The notes under the pieces were generated by a model. That model saw only the letters and a list, made by a program, of their open reading frames with translations, had not been told where the DNA came from and made no database searches. Positions 30,058-44,300 of a stretch of 64,000 bases of DNA are shown here, one piece after another. Source of the DNA: a virus (lineage: Duplodnaviria; Caudoviricetes); the IMG/VR virus record IMGVR_UViG_3300035502_000313, positions 148,183 through 212,182 of that record; one strand, written 5' to 3'. The position numbers and the translations under genes are program-made. Position 1 is the first letter of the stretch, and each line of letters begins with the position of its first letter.

Positions 30058-32154
30058 ATGGATATTACGCAGATAGTCAACAGCAAGACAACGGACATTT
30101 ATAAAAAAGAAATGATTGATGCTCTTAAGCTTTCATTTCCAGGACTCACAGAGAAGGATATCAAAGAAGCTATAGATTATTCTATTATTAAACGTGGTTC
30201 TGATAGTAAGGCAGTACTCGATAATAACTATACGAAGACAAAAGAGAATAGAACTTTGTTTGAGGTTACAGATTATATAATTCAGAGAGAACCAATTATA
30301 ACTGTATCTGGAGTTATGTTTAGAAGACATGGTTATTGTCCTAATCCGTTTGTTATGCTTATTCAGGAGTTTCTTAAACAAAGAGGTATTTATAAAGATA
30401 CTATGTTTAAGTATCCTAAGGGTTCTGAAGAATTTGAAAAGTATAACATTCTTCAGCTTTCCGAGAAAGTATCAGGCAATGCAATGTATGGTGCTTCTGG
30501 TAATCATACAAGTATATTCTATAATCTTTATGTTGCACAAAGTATTACTATGCAGGGAAGAAGTTGTATTGCATCAGCAATTATGTTATTTGAAGCTACA
30601 ATGGCAAATAATGTAAAGTTCTGTGGTCTTAATGAGGTAATTACATTCATCAATAATGTAAGAAGAGAATCAATCATTAATTATCCTGATGAAGTGATTA
30701 TTGATAAAGATAAGTATGTAAGTGTAGAAGAATGTTTCTTTAAGATTATTTATAGTAGTGGATTTTATTGGATTCCTACTGAAAAAGAAATGACTCTTAT
30801 TTGGGATATTCTTAATCAGTGCAATCAGCATGAACTAAATAAATTATTCTATAAGAATAATTTATTCTGGTTTGTAGATAATAGTGTAGTTATGAATAAG
30901 ATTATATCTATTCTTTCTACATTAGATGTGCCATTTATTGACCCTAATCATCCACCAAAGTGTATAGAAGACTCGGTAAATGAATTATATGATATGATAT
31001 ATGAATGGGTGTATTATGATAAACAATATATGGATAGAATAGATAGAACAGAGAATATGTATCGTTGTGTTTCTATGCTTACTGATACAGATAGTTGTTT
31101 TATATCATTTGATGGATGGTATCGTTATATTCTTGATAAGACATTTAATATTCCTATGAAGATTAAAGAGATTGAGATTGATGAGAAAACTGGTAATGTA
31201 GATAAAGCATTCGATGTAGCATATGATTATGATTTCTATACAGATGAAATTATCGAATCTCAGAATATTATTCGTCCAGACGTTGTATCTCCTCAGGTAG
31301 GATTCAGATGTAGTATTATTAATATTCTCGCAAGTATTATGGGTAGACTTGCTATAGATTATATGGGTAAATATTCTGATAATTCAAATACAACTAAATG
31401 TGAAGATGGTTCTAGACGTAAGAGTTTCTTTATATTAAAGAATGAATTCCAACTTAAACGTGCTCTCATCACAGATGGAAAAAAGAATTACTGTGCATAT
31501 CAAGAACGTCAAGAGTCTAATATCATTCCTAGAGAAAAAGCATTAGCTATTACAGGTATGCCGATTAAAAAGGTTGGTGTTCCAGAATCTACTAAAGTAA
31601 GACTTCAGAAGATTCTTCTTGAACAAATACTTGATAATCCTGGAGAAATATCTCAGGTAGAAATAGTTAAACAACTTGCAATTCTTGAGAAACAGATTAT
31701 AGAAGCTATTCATAATGGTAGTAAAGAATACTTTAAACCAGAAAGAATAAAAGCATTAGATGCATATGATAATCCTATGAGAGAATCTGGTGTAAAAGCT
31801 GCTGTAGCATTTAACTTTCTTAAAGACGATGATATGGAACCTATAGACCTTAATACAAGAAATAGTATTCTTAATATAAAGATAGATATTAATAATAAGA
31901 ATATTGATGATCTTAGAGAAAGTCGTCCAGATGTATATGCTAAGGTTGTTGAACTTATGAAAAGAAAAGAATATGCTAAAGGAATCACTGGAATTGCAAT
32001 TCTTGATGATATGCAAGTTCCTGAATGGATAAAAGATTATATTGACTATACTACAATAGTAAATGATAATCTTCATACATTCCCATGTGAAGCTATTGGT
32101 ATAGATAGAAGAGAGAATGATAATATAAACTTTACAAATATTTTGAGATTTTAA
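30058..32154 (+). CDS. polB: Family B DNA polymerase, C-terminal subunit (motifs B and C)
   Basis: Motif B QLSEKVSGNAMYG...SITMQGR, motif C TDTDSCF, KKNY; no exonuclease motifs. Confidence 0.9.
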   Translation: MDITQIVNSKTTDIYKKEMIDALKLSFPGLTEKDIKEAIDYSIIKRGSDSKAVLDNNYTKTKENRTLFEVTDYIIQREPIITVSGVMFRRHGYCPNPFVMLIQEFLKQRGIYKDTMFKYPKGSEEFEKYNILQLSEKVSGNAMYGASGNHTSIFYNLYVAQSITMQGRSCIASAIMLFEATMANNVKFCGLNEVITFINNVRRESIINYPDEVIIDKDKYVSVEECFFKIIYSSGFYWIPTEKEMTLIWDILNQCNQHELNKLFYKNNLFWFVDNSVVMNKIISILSTLDVPFIDPNHPPKCIEDSVNELYDMIYEWVYYDKQYMDRIDRTENMYRCVSMLTDTDSCFISFDGWYRYILDKTFNIPMKIKEIEIDEKTGNVDKAFDVAYDYDFYTDEIIESQNIIRPDVVSPQVGFRCSIINILASIMGRLAIDYMGKYSDNSNTTKCEDGSRRKSFFILKNEFQLKRALITDGKKNYCAYQERQESNIIPREKALAITGMPIKKVGVPESTKVRLQKILLEQILDNPGEISQVEIVKQLAILEKQIIEAIHNGSKEYFKPERIKALDAYDNPMRESGVKAAVAFNFLKDDDMEPIDLNTRNSILNIKIDINNKNIDDLRESRPDVYAKVVELMKRKEYAKGITGIAILDDMQVPEWIKDYIDYTTIVNDNLHTFPCEAIGIDRRENDNINFTNILRF

Positions 32155-32155
32155 C

Positions 32156-32190
32156 AAAAAAAGAAGTGGATGTAAAGTCCACTTCTTTTT
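32156..32190. terminator. Bidirectional terminator
   Basis: AAAAAGAAGTGGA-TGTAAAG-TCCACTTCTTTTT. Confidence 0.9.
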
Positions 32191-32253
32191 CTTTATTATT
32201 TGAGGGTTTAAGGAGTGCCCTCAACTCCTTTATTTTCCCGAATTCTAACTCAC
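32156..32253 (-). ncRNA. Candidate early sRNA D with pseudoknot-like/bistable pairing
   Basis: Early motif TATATAAT-ATAA-GTG (32265-32251), interleaved stems AAGGAGT/ACTCCTT and TTGAGGG/CCCTCAA, terminator; no ORF. Confidence 0.5.
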
Positions 32254-32317
32254 TTATATTATATATATATCTAATTATTATGACTTTTACAAATACACAG
32301 TATAATCTTTCTACTTC

Positions 32318-32329
32318 AACATACTTATA
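32318..32329 (+). promoter_or_regulatory. AACA-N6-TA promoter (tape measure gene)
   Basis: AACA-TACTTA-TA about 30 nt before the start codon. Confidence 0.75.
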
Positions 32330-32358
32330 AACTAAGGTTTGAAAGGAGGAGTCTGTAT

Positions 32359-35300
32359 ATGTCTGTTCAAGTACAGAAGTATATAAAGAATTTAGGCAAG
32401 TCTATTACTTATTCTGCAGCCGATGTATTGAATAGCAAATTTGAATATATAAATGAAACTAAACAAGAGAATCAAGAAGTATTCAAAGAAGTATATCATT
32501 CTATAAAGGATTATAAAAATACATTTGCTAGAGTAAAGAAAACTATTACTGATAATAAAGTAATGGATGCAGCCAGAGTAGGTTATAATTCTGTTTTATA
32601 CAGTATTACAACTGGCGATTTCTATGCTAAACAGAGAGAAGCAGAAGTCATGGAAAAATATGGAGGATCCTTCATGCAAGGATTTGACATGGATGACGAT
32701 GACTTTGATTGGGACAATGATGATTTATCTACAGGTGATAAGGTTGTTGCTACTGCTATTAAAAAGAATAGTAAGATAGGAACAGCTTTAACTGTAGAAG
32801 CTATATCTCAGACTGGTAAAGCACAGATGGATGTTTCTAGAGAAAACACTATGCTGTTATATACTCAGAATGAGCGTATGTTAAATAAATTAGATAATGG
32901 GTTTGGAAATATATTAGGTTTTCTAAAACAAAATGGAGAACAAACTGCAAAAGTTCAAAACCAGATGAATGAAAATCTTAATAAGTTTATGACAAATGTA
33001 GATAATAACATTACTAAACTTACTAAACAAATGGATGAACTTCTCGAAATGCAGAGAAATATGTATAATCCTAAAAAAGAAGAAGAAAAACGTAAAGTCG
33101 GCTATGATGATATGATTAGTCGTAATGGTGTTTTAAATATTAAAGAGTATTCTAAGCATGTAAAAAAGAATGCTTTTAATACAATTAATGATATGTCTGG
33201 TGGAATGCTAAGTTATATATTTGGTGATTCTTTAGGACAAGGTTCTAACTTATTAGCACAATTTTCTGCTAATCCATTTAGAACAATATCAGAAACATTT
33301 ATAAATAAAGCACTTGGTAAAAACTTTGATAGAGCTGCTAAAGAATTAAATACTACATTAGAAGGTATTGTACCATCTTTAATAGGCAAACTTAATGCTG
33401 CGTCTAAAAAAGATGATAGTGGTATTATGGGATTCTTAGGAAAAATCTTTGGTATTAAAGATGGCTCTAGAGAAAATATAGATACTAGTAGATACAATAA
33501 AGGTGCTATTCCTTTTGATGGAATTACTAAGAGGGCTATAACAGATGTAATACCTTACTATTTAAGAAAGATGACTTCTGTCTTAACTGGTGAACAGGAA
33601 ATGATATATGATTTCCAAACTGGCAAATGGAGTAGTATGAAAGCTGTAAAAGCTGCTCATGATAATGCTGTAAATTCTGCTAAATATAGCACTGCTAATG
33701 CATTAACAGGAATTATAGAAAGTGGTTTAGGTGGTAGAAGATTAAGTGATTCGTATAAGAATAAATATGATTATGACAAAATAGTAAAAGCTATTGAATC
33801 TTTAGCAGGAAAATTACAAAATGCAGGAGACTTCGGAAGCGTTGATGAATCTCTCGATATATACGAAAGAGATGTAATGAAAATGCTAAGAGAAGCTATG
33901 CGTCTTGATGATGGAAGTGGAAATGATAGAAGATTTACTAGAAATTCAAAAGGTAAAAGAATTTCTTCTGGAATACAGAGAAGTGCTATCGGTGGATTCA
34001 ATAATATGCTAAGACAAAATAGATTATCTCAAAATAATACTATAAAAAGTATAAATAATGGAGATTCTATATTACGAATCATAGAATCAGAAGGTCTTGC
34101 ATCTCAAAGTACTGAAAATTATCAAGCAAAAAGTTTTGTTAATAGTCATGGTGATTTTGATCAAAATAAAATTCAACAAATGCCTGTTACACAAGCTTTA
34201 ATTCGTGGTAGAGATGAATATGGAGTTACTCTATATCAATATCTTAGAGACATGGATCTTAGTTTACGTTATATTAAAGCTAATTCTACTTATCTTGGAA
34301 GTCTTAATAGTAATGAAAATGGTGAATCTAATAAGAATAATGAAGAGATAGTTAAGCATATTCTTAAAGATGGAGACATTGATTTTACTAAAGATAAAGA
34401 ATCTCAATACATTGAAAAATATTTTGAGAATATGCAAAATAAAAATAGACGTAAAGAAGAAGATGATTGGGATAAAAGAATTTCAGAAGCTAGAAAAAGA
34501 GCTGCAGCTAAGGGAGAAATATATACATTAGCTACATCAACTGATTTTGAAAGTTCAAATGGTGATACAGGAATAGCTAATATAATGCGTAATAGTAGTT
34601 CTAAAACTGCTGCTAAAGCTAAAATAGCATATACTAGAGAACAACAGAAACAAGAAGAAGAAAGATGGAAGGCTATTGCTGGTATAATCGGCCAAGAGGA
34701 AGCGAATAAAGCTAGAGCTAACTTAGATCAATATGACTCTGATAAGAGTATAAAAGATAATATGGAAAAAGTTAAAGATAAAGGCTTTACTGCTAGTCTT
34801 ATGATGTTTGCTAAATCTCTTGGCAATAAAATACGTAATCCTGGCGATGCAGCTGCCGATACTATTGTTAAAGTAGATTATTGGTTACAGAAACTCATAT
34901 ATGGTGAAGATTTAAAAGATTCCGAAAATGGTAGAAAATCTTTATTTGAAAATATGAAAGATCAATTCCAAAAGGGTATACAAGGAATTAGAGAATCTAT
35001 AGATAAAGGTTTTGAAAAATTAAAAGAAAAAGTTAGTCCATTATTTAAACCACTCAAAGAATTAGGTAAAAAAATATTTGGTACAAAAGATGAAAATGGT
35101 TTTTATCAAGGTGGTATGATAGGATCATTTATCGGAGGTGTTCAAAAAGGTTTTCGTAGAAATTCTTCGGATTTTTCAGGCTATATTAAAAATCAATATT
35201 CAGACTTTAAAAATAGATTTACTCAAGATAGACCTGAACCTGAATTATCGTCTAAACAAAAATATGATGCTAGACGTTCAGAGATAATGAATAAATTAAA

Positions 35301-38300
35301 TCGAGAAGCAGAAAGTGAAAACCAAATTATTAGTGGTAATGCATTAGAAAAGATTGCTAATATATCAGCATATAGAGTTAAACAGTCTTCTGTAAATAAT
35401 GAAAAAATAGATGGAGATGTTAAAAGAGCTGCTAGAAAGCAAGCTATGATAGATGAATTAACTAGAAAGATAGAGAATCAAGAAGCTTCAGTTATTTCTA
35501 GTGAAAAGTCAATTGCTTCGTTAAAACAACAATTACAAACTAAATTATATAATAATGAAGATCCTGGGGATTTAGAAAAAAAATTAGAAAGTCAAGAAAA
35601 GGTTTTAGAAAAGACAAAGGCTAATTTGAAAAATAATAAACAAAAGTTAGCCAAAATAGTAAATAGCACTACAAAAAATAAATACATGGCTGTTGGCGGT
35701 GTTAATAAAACAGGAAAGCCATTTAGATCTGTATTATCTGCAGGTGAGTTACATAACGGAAATATAGTTCCTAAAATGGGTATATATCAAATTAATCCTG
35801 GTGATACTGTTATAAATCCTGCTGGTGCTGCTACAAGAGCTAAACAAGCTAATGCCGAAAGAAAGTATCTTGCTAATATAAGAAGAAATGCAGAAGCTAA
35901 TGACAAATTAACTCCAACCGATGATACTAAAACTAAGGACAAAGATTCTGATGAACAGAATAAAAAGAAGATTCAGCAACTTCTTACTGATACAGACTGG
36001 AATAGTTTATCTACTAAAGAACAAAAGAAAGAATATATCGGTAATGTTGTTTCTAAAGGTTTAATTGGTGGCGGATTAGGTTTACTTGTAGGTGGACCTT
36101 TAATAGGTGCATCTATCGGTGCTGCTTCTGCTTTAACTAAATCTACTGGTTCATTTGCTAGTTTCTTATTTGGTGAAGCTGTTACCGATAAAGATGGTAA
36201 TATACAAGTTGATGATAAAGGTAATGTTAAAAGAGCTGATAATGGTCTTATTAGTCAGGAAATAATGAAGGCTGTGCCAGATATTAAGAAGTATGGTCTT
36301 GGTGGTGCAATTGCTGGTCTATTAACTCCTATCGGTCCTTTAGGCGGTGTTCTTGTTGGCTCTGCATTAGGATTTGCAAAGAATTCTGAAATATTCCAAG
36401 GCTCTTTATTTGGTGAAGGTGGAATATTCTCTGAAGAGAATAAAGCTAAATTTAAAAAAGGTGCTAAAAGCATGGGAATCGGTGCTGCTATTGGTGCGTT
36501 TACTGGTGGTCCATTTGGTTTAGTAGGTAATGCATTATTAGGTGCTACTGCAGGCTATGTTACATCAACTGACAAATTCAAAGACTTTGTTCTTGGTGAA
36601 AAAGATGATCCAAATAATCCTGAAAGTAAGAGACATGGTGGTGTCATGGGTGTTCTTAAGAGTGCTGTTGAACCACTAAAAGATTTTGGTAAAACACTTA
36701 CTAACGGTATATTAGATGCTGTGTTTGGTAAGAAAAATGGTGAAAATGGCAAACGTGAAGGTGGATTATTTGGACTTGTAAGAAAAACTATAATAGATCC
36801 TTTAGCAGACGGCACAAAGACCATGGTAAATGCATTAAATGAAAAAGTAAGAGACATCGGATTTATGGCTAAAAAGACTTGGAAGAAAATTCAAAGAAAA
36901 ATGGCTGGTAATGATGGAGCAGGAGTATTTGGTGAATTTGGTCAAAAAATTGCTAAGGGTGCCACTAAAATAGCCAAAGGTGCAATTATGGCTCCACTAC
37001 TTCCTTTAATGGGAGGAGTAAAATTAGCACAAAAAGGTATTTTTAATCCAATTAAGAGAAAATCAATTAGAACTGGTAAAGCAAGTCATATGACTGCTAG
37101 AGAAAGATTAAAAGCAAGAGGCGAGCTTGGTATGGCTGAATATGATGACTATACTCTTTTTGATAACTCTCTTACTGAAATGGACAATGATTCTATTCAG
37201 TCATTAAAAGATAGACTTTCGGTTTATGTAGATGGCGATGATGCAGCGTTTAAAGAACAGAATAATCTTTTTGACAGTACAGGAAGAGAACTGAGAGATT
37301 ATATATCATCAAAAAATGCAAATAAAATTATGAAAAGTCTTAAAAAAAATGACTATAGAGAAGCTGAAAGATTAATTAGAACTGGTAATTTTAAAATAGA
37401 GGGTGGTGAAGCTAATAGAGGTAAACTTGAAGCAATAATTAAAAAGCATAAAAGAAAATATTCTACAATCGATGAAAGAATGGCTAAAGCTAACAGTGCA
37501 AGCAAATTATCAAGTAAAGTTCTTAAAGATGAATATGGCCTTGATGTTGATTTAAACGATCCAAGAGATGTTGATAAGGTTAAGAGAATGCTTGATAGAG
37601 AACTGATTCATAACGAAGCTGGATTAACTGAAGAGGATATGGAATTTGATAGAATGAGAGAATTCTGGTCAGATGATAAATCTCCTCTTAAGACAGTTAA
37701 TAGTGGTGTAGAAGCTGTAGTTAAAACTTTAGATAATATTTATAATGAAGTAAAACTAGGTAATGAATATGACAAGTTATCTGATGAAGAAAAATCTAAA
37801 TATGAATCTAGAGAAGATTATATTCAAAAGAATAAAGCTACTGCTGAACCAGATGCTACTCAAGATAAACTCAATGGTAAAAAATCTGATTCTACTAATA
37901 AACATAGAAAATTTTCTAGGGTTAAAATGGTACAAGAAAATCCAGATAAATTCTCAAAAACTATAAAGAGAATTATTGAAGAAGCATTGAAATTATTTGA
38001 CGGAAAAGTAATGGAAGAAATTAGTGACCCAAATAAAATTAAAATAGATATCGATAAATGGAAATTAGAGAATCCAGATAAAGACTATAATAATGAAAAG
38101 CTTATTAGAACTAATATTATTATTGATAGTCTTGACCAAAAGTATGAGTTTGACTGTGCTTATGTATGTAAGCAAAGTGGTAATAATTTCTCAGTTGAAA
38201 TTGCTAAAAATCAATCAGAGAGTTTCGAAACATGTAGAGAAGATTTTGCTAATGCATATCTAGATGCACGTATGCCTAAAAGTGCTAAAGGTAAAGGCAG

Positions 38301-41300
38301 TTATATGAGTTTTAAAGACATGGTTAAAAAGACTATAAAGATATCAGGATTCTTTGTAGCTGCTAGTATTGTTCCTGGTGGAGCTCTTGTTTTAGGAGCA
38401 AAACTTGCTTTTATGAAAATAGCTAAAAAACGTGGATGGGATAAAAAACTCAAAAATGGTATTAGACGTGTTAAAAACGATGTAAAACATGTTCTTGGTT
38501 CTCATGCGATTGATTCAAGTTCAAAAAGACAACAAAGAAAAGAAAAAAACTATAATGCAAAAGCTGAAAAAGTACTTCAGAAAATGATAGAAAAAGGTGA
38601 TGCTCAGCTAGATACTATAGCACAAGAAAAATATAAAAAGAACTATTCTGAGTTAACTGATGATGAAAAATCAGCGGTAAATGCTACATTCAAAGAAAGA
38701 TATGTAAATAATAAAATTGCTAATCAAGTTACCGGTCATGGTTTATTAGGAAATATTAAAGCTGCTCCTAAAGCTCTCATGGGAACTTTAAAATCTGGTA
38801 TAAAAAATCTAACTGCTGGTAAAATTGATAAAGTCAAAGAGAAAATACAAAAACAAAAAGAAGAAGATAGATTTATAGGAAAATTATTTAATAAACTAGA
38901 TAAATGGAAACTAGGAAGAGATGAGAAAAACTTTAAAGGTAAAAAGGATAGTAGACTTGCTAAAATACTGAAATGGCTATTTATAGGCGGTATTGCTGTT
39001 CCTATACTAGTAGGATTTGTTAAAGATAAAATCATGCCTGCTGTTCATGATAAGATTCAACCATGGCTAAAGAAAGCTGCACAAAAGCTTATTGGTACTA
39101 AGAATGAACAAACTGGTGAATATGAAGGTGGAATAATAGCTGGTATCGTAAATCCTGTTAGAAACTTCTTTAAAGACAAATTCCAAACTATTAGTGATTG
39201 GTTCCATAATAAAGGAAAGTTTACTAGTCCCGATACTGGTTTCAAAGGATTAATAGGAAACTTTAAATCTGCAATCAATTACGGTATAACACTATGGAAA
39301 GATGGTACATCTACAATTCTAAATGATTGCTTGCCTAAAGTAGTTGAAGGAATAGTAGCTAATTTACCAACTATACTTGGTGCTATAGGAACTGGTTTAA
39401 TAAATGGTATAAAGGATATCTTTTTTGGTAAAAAAGATGGTACTGGAGAACAATCATTAGAAACTGTAAATGCTTCTCAGATGGTTGATTCTACTTCTTC
39501 TAGTAGCGATAATGATTCATCTTCTTCAAGTACTGGAATTAAATTTAATAATACAGTTGGTGGAACATGGGTTGAAACAGTAGGTGGATCGTCAACTAAA
39601 GTAGGAAGTTATGTAGATGTAGTTTCATTAAATAGTGACATATATCAACCTACTTCAAGAAAAACTAATGATGATGGATCGACAACTTTAACAAATGAAA
39701 ATACTGGAGAATCTGTTACATCTGAATTTATTGATGATGATTCGATGGTATCTGCTGGTACAAACAAAGCTGGAGATAAAATATATTATAAGAGAACAGA
39801 TGTTAACAGAACTCAACCGTATACAAAGGCTAATGACGGTGAATATGTTAGAATGGATAAGCAATCCAGTGTTATGCTTAGCAGTCTTCAAGACAATCAA
39901 AGCTATGCTGATATGGTTGCTGATAACGATGCTGGAGACGCTGGTGTAACTGATTCTTATACAGGAACAAACCCAGCTTTAGAAAAGACAGCATATGCTG
40001 GAAAAGTATTAACTAAAGCAGCAACTAGTAAATCAGGTGCTAAAGGTCTTTCTATGGCAATTAAAGCTGGAGGAAAAGGTGTTAAAATAGCTGGTAAAAT
40101 GATTAATCTTATTCCAGGCACAAATGTTGCTGGATGGGCTACAAAGAAATCATTAGGAAAAGTTGGAGATAAAATAGTTGATTCTGCAGATGATGTATCA
40201 TATAAATACTATAATTTCATGCAATCTAAAATATCCAAAGCAGTAGAAAATAGTAAAGTTCTAAGCAAGGTTAATAATGCAGGAATTAAGATTAAAAATG
40301 CTCCTAAAAATATAGCTGAGAAAGCTAAAAATGCTATAAAAAATAAAATGGGAAAAACTGCAGAGAATGCTACTAAAAATGCAGCCGAGAATGCCGCAGA
40401 AAAAGCCGCTAAAGAAACTGCTGAAAAAACAGCTAAAGAAGCTGCAGAGAATGTTACTAAAAATGCAGCTGAAAGTGTTATGGAAAGTTCTACTAAAAAT
40501 GCAGCTAAAACAGGAGGAACCTCATTTTTAGCTAAATCCGTTAAAGAATTATTTGAAAAAGCCAAAAGTAAAATAATTGAATGGTTTGCAAAGCTATTTA
40601 AAGGTAGTGCTGTAAAAGAAGCTGCAAAAAATGCTGGACGTGAAATAACAGAAGAAACTGCAGAAAAATTAGCTAAAGAAACTGGTGAAAAATTAGTTAA
40701 AGAATGTGCTGAACAGGGTGCTGAAAAAATAGCTACAGTAGCTGGTAAAAACCTCGTATCATCAGCATGTGATTGTTCTGGTATAGGAGTAGTAATTAAT
40801 ATAGCATTTGCTATAGCAGACTTCTTACTAGGTATGGATGATGCTAGAAATATATTACAAATTACTGGAGATGATATTCCATTATCTTATAGATTCTTCG
40901 CAGGTCTTGCTAATACAATGCAAGATATTCCAATTGTCGGAATATTATTAGGTTGTATTGGAGCTAAGAACATTGTTTATTATCTAGTAGAATGGTTTGG
41001 AGATATTCTCTTCCCTGAAGCTACTGAAGAATTAAAGAAGAGACAAGAAGAAGCACAACAAACTCTTGAACAATATAATGCACAAAATAATACTAATTTA
41101 ACACTAGAGCAGTATAATAATAAAAAGTACGCTACTGTATCAAGTACAGTAAGTGGATGGTTCTCAGATGCTGGTTCATTCTTATCAGGAAAAGATGCTA
41201 CAGTATCAGAAGCTATGGAAACAAGACGAAATGTAGCAGATTCTAATGATACTGTAACTGACATAAGAGAAAAACTTGAAAGTATAGCTTCTCATATGTG

Positions 41301-44300
41301 GGAAAAACAAGGTGATAAATTTAAAGATTTTAACCTTAGTAAAGATACATATGGAAAGTTATGTGCTGAAGTTATTGATAAGATAGTATTATTACTAAAT
41401 GGATTAGATGATGATTCATTAAGTAAAGTTTTAACTAGTGCTGGAAAAATAGAAACAGGATTTTGGGCAAATGCTGGTTACACTACTCTAAAATATCTTA
41501 CTTTTGGTGCTTATGATGGTGACCCATTTGTTGATGCATGGGATGACGGTTATAAAGGTCTTTCATATCTTGGTCTTGATAAAAAAGATGGATGGGAAAA
41601 TACAAGTGTTGTAAAATGTATCGGTGGTATAGCTTCAGTATTTGTTAAGGCATGTGGTGGAGCTAACTTAAAATGGAAAATTATTGACATCGTAATTTCT
41701 GTATTTGGTAATGGTATGGCTGGAGATTCTATAGATGAAAATTCTAAGAAACTTGTAGAAAATAGCAATTCCAAAATATCAAATATTAATGATGCGTATG
41801 ATTCAAATTTACACGGAAATTCTGGTACAACATCTGTAAGTCTGTCATCGTCCGATTCGTCATCAACATCTACAGCAGAAGATGTAGTTGCAAATGCAAA
41901 TGCTAATAGTAAATTATCAGCTATATCTGGATTGTACAACACAGCTAAATCAAACATGATTAACACTGCAGGTTTTATAGATGATAAGATAAGCAGTAGT
42001 CTATTTGGCGAAGTATATAATAATGCTAAATCAACTGCATCTGGATTGTATAACACAGCTAAATCAAACTTAAAATCTACAGCATCAGGTTTATATAATA
42101 CTGCTAAATCAAACATGATTAACACTGCAGGTTTTATAGATGATAAATTAAGTAATAGTCCATTTGGTGGAATATACAATTATGATAAATCTGCTGCATC
42201 AGGATTATGGAACTTCTTTAAAGGAATATTTACTAATGCAGAAGCTAATAGTAACTTATCTCCTATAAATATGACATCAAACAATAAAGATAAAAATAGT
42301 GGTTCGTCAATAGGTAGATTTCTAATGCTTATTCCTAATACTATTAATAATGCTATAACAAATATGACTGGTGATTTAAGTAAAATAGAAGATATGTTCT
42401 CTGGTCTAGTTAAAAAGAATAAGAGTATAAATGATTCTATTGATTCTTTATCATTACTTCCTACAGATAAAAAATATTGGGATATCGAAGTAGATAATGA
42501 TAACCCATTTGTAAGTGGACTGTTTAAATTTGTTGAATCTATGAACAGAGTTGTTAAGGCACCATTCTCTTTGGCAGTTTCGTCATTAGGAAAGGGATTG
42601 TCTGCTGTTTCGTCTTCATCATCAAACAGTAGTAGTTCTTCTTCATCTTCGTCATCAAGTGGATCAACAAATAGTAGTGATAGTTCTTCTAGTAGCAGTT
42701 CTAGTAGTAGTGGTGGTATTTTATCTAAAATTGCTACTGGTGCTAAATCAATATTTAAAAAGGTTTCATCTGGTATAAAGAGCTTTTTTGGTTTTGGTAA
42801 AGGTAAAGATGATTATGATGATACTGGTTATGGTGATGATCCTTTCCATATTTATCAAAGAGATTATAAAGGCTCATATAGAACTACTGGAGATTCAGAA
42901 AGTCAAACTATAGCAGATTCAGGTTGTGGACCAGCTGCAGCAGCATCATTGTTAAGAATGTATGGCAAGAAGGGTGATATGCATAATGCTGTTAATTATG
43001 CTTTAAGTAATAAATATAAAGAAGTAGATGGTGGTACATATCCTCAATACTTTAATGATTACTTAAATAAGAACGGTATTAGTACAAACTCTAATGCAGA
43101 TAATAATGATGTAGTAAATAGTCTTATTCACAATAAGCCTGTTATCTTAATGGGACGTGATTCAAGTAATAGTGGTACAACGCCTTATGGATCTAAGTAT
43201 TCTCACTATGTAGTAGCTAGAGGACTGGATTCAAATGGTAATGTTATAGTAGAAGATTCTGAAGATAAGAACGGTAGTACTAGATATAGTCTAGCAGATA
43301 CTCTAAGAAATTCATCAGTAAGAATAACAACCGGTAATGGTAAATATGGTAGAGGTGCTACATCATCTATGGCTGAAAACTTTACCACAGGCGTTAGCTA
43401 TACTGTAACATCAGCAGTTTCTAATATAGTATCTAATGCAGCAAATTCTGTGGCTGGACTATTAGGAAGTAGCTCTACATCATCTAGTACATCTAATGAT
43501 GCATCTGCAAGCACTAATGGCGTAGAAGGAAGTATTACTGCTGATACTGATGTTAAGACAAAATGTGGTTATACTGCTGATCAATTAAAAGCTGCTATTA
43601 CATCAATTCATTCAGGATGCAGTGCAGAACAATTCCCTGAACTTGCTATACAAGTTGAAAATTCTAAGGGTGTCAATGCATTATTTACAATAGCTGTAGC
43701 TATTAGTGAACATGGATGGGATGGTACAATTGGTGTTAATACTACCGGTGCAAACTGGGGTAACTATAACCCATTCAATATATCCGGTTCTCCTAACTCA
43801 TCAAATGGAAGATGGAAAGATTATAATAGCTTAAGTGATGCATTTAATGGATTTGGTGACTTAATTATGGGCAGTGGTTATTATCAAGCTGGATTAACTA
43901 CACCTGGTACAATTGGTCCTAGATACTGTGATAGTGGATGGGCTAGTGGTGTATGTACAGTCGCTGATATGATTGTTAAAAAGATATCCGGTAGTGGTAA
44001 GGGCAAAGAAATTATGTCTACATTTAATAATAAATTCTTAAGTAATGTAAACAATGCTGTTAATTACTTTGCTACTAAATCTCTAGCAAGTCTTTCATCA
44101 GGTTCTACATCATCATCTGACTCACAATCTAATAACGCTAATAATAGTAGTGGCGGTACAGCAAATGTTGATATAGATGCTGAAACAACTATCATCTGTG
44201 GTGACTCTGTTACACATGGATTAAGTAGTACTAGTCTTGGAGATCGTGCAATGGGTCTAAGCTCAGGTACAACTGATAAGAATAATACTACAACTTATGG

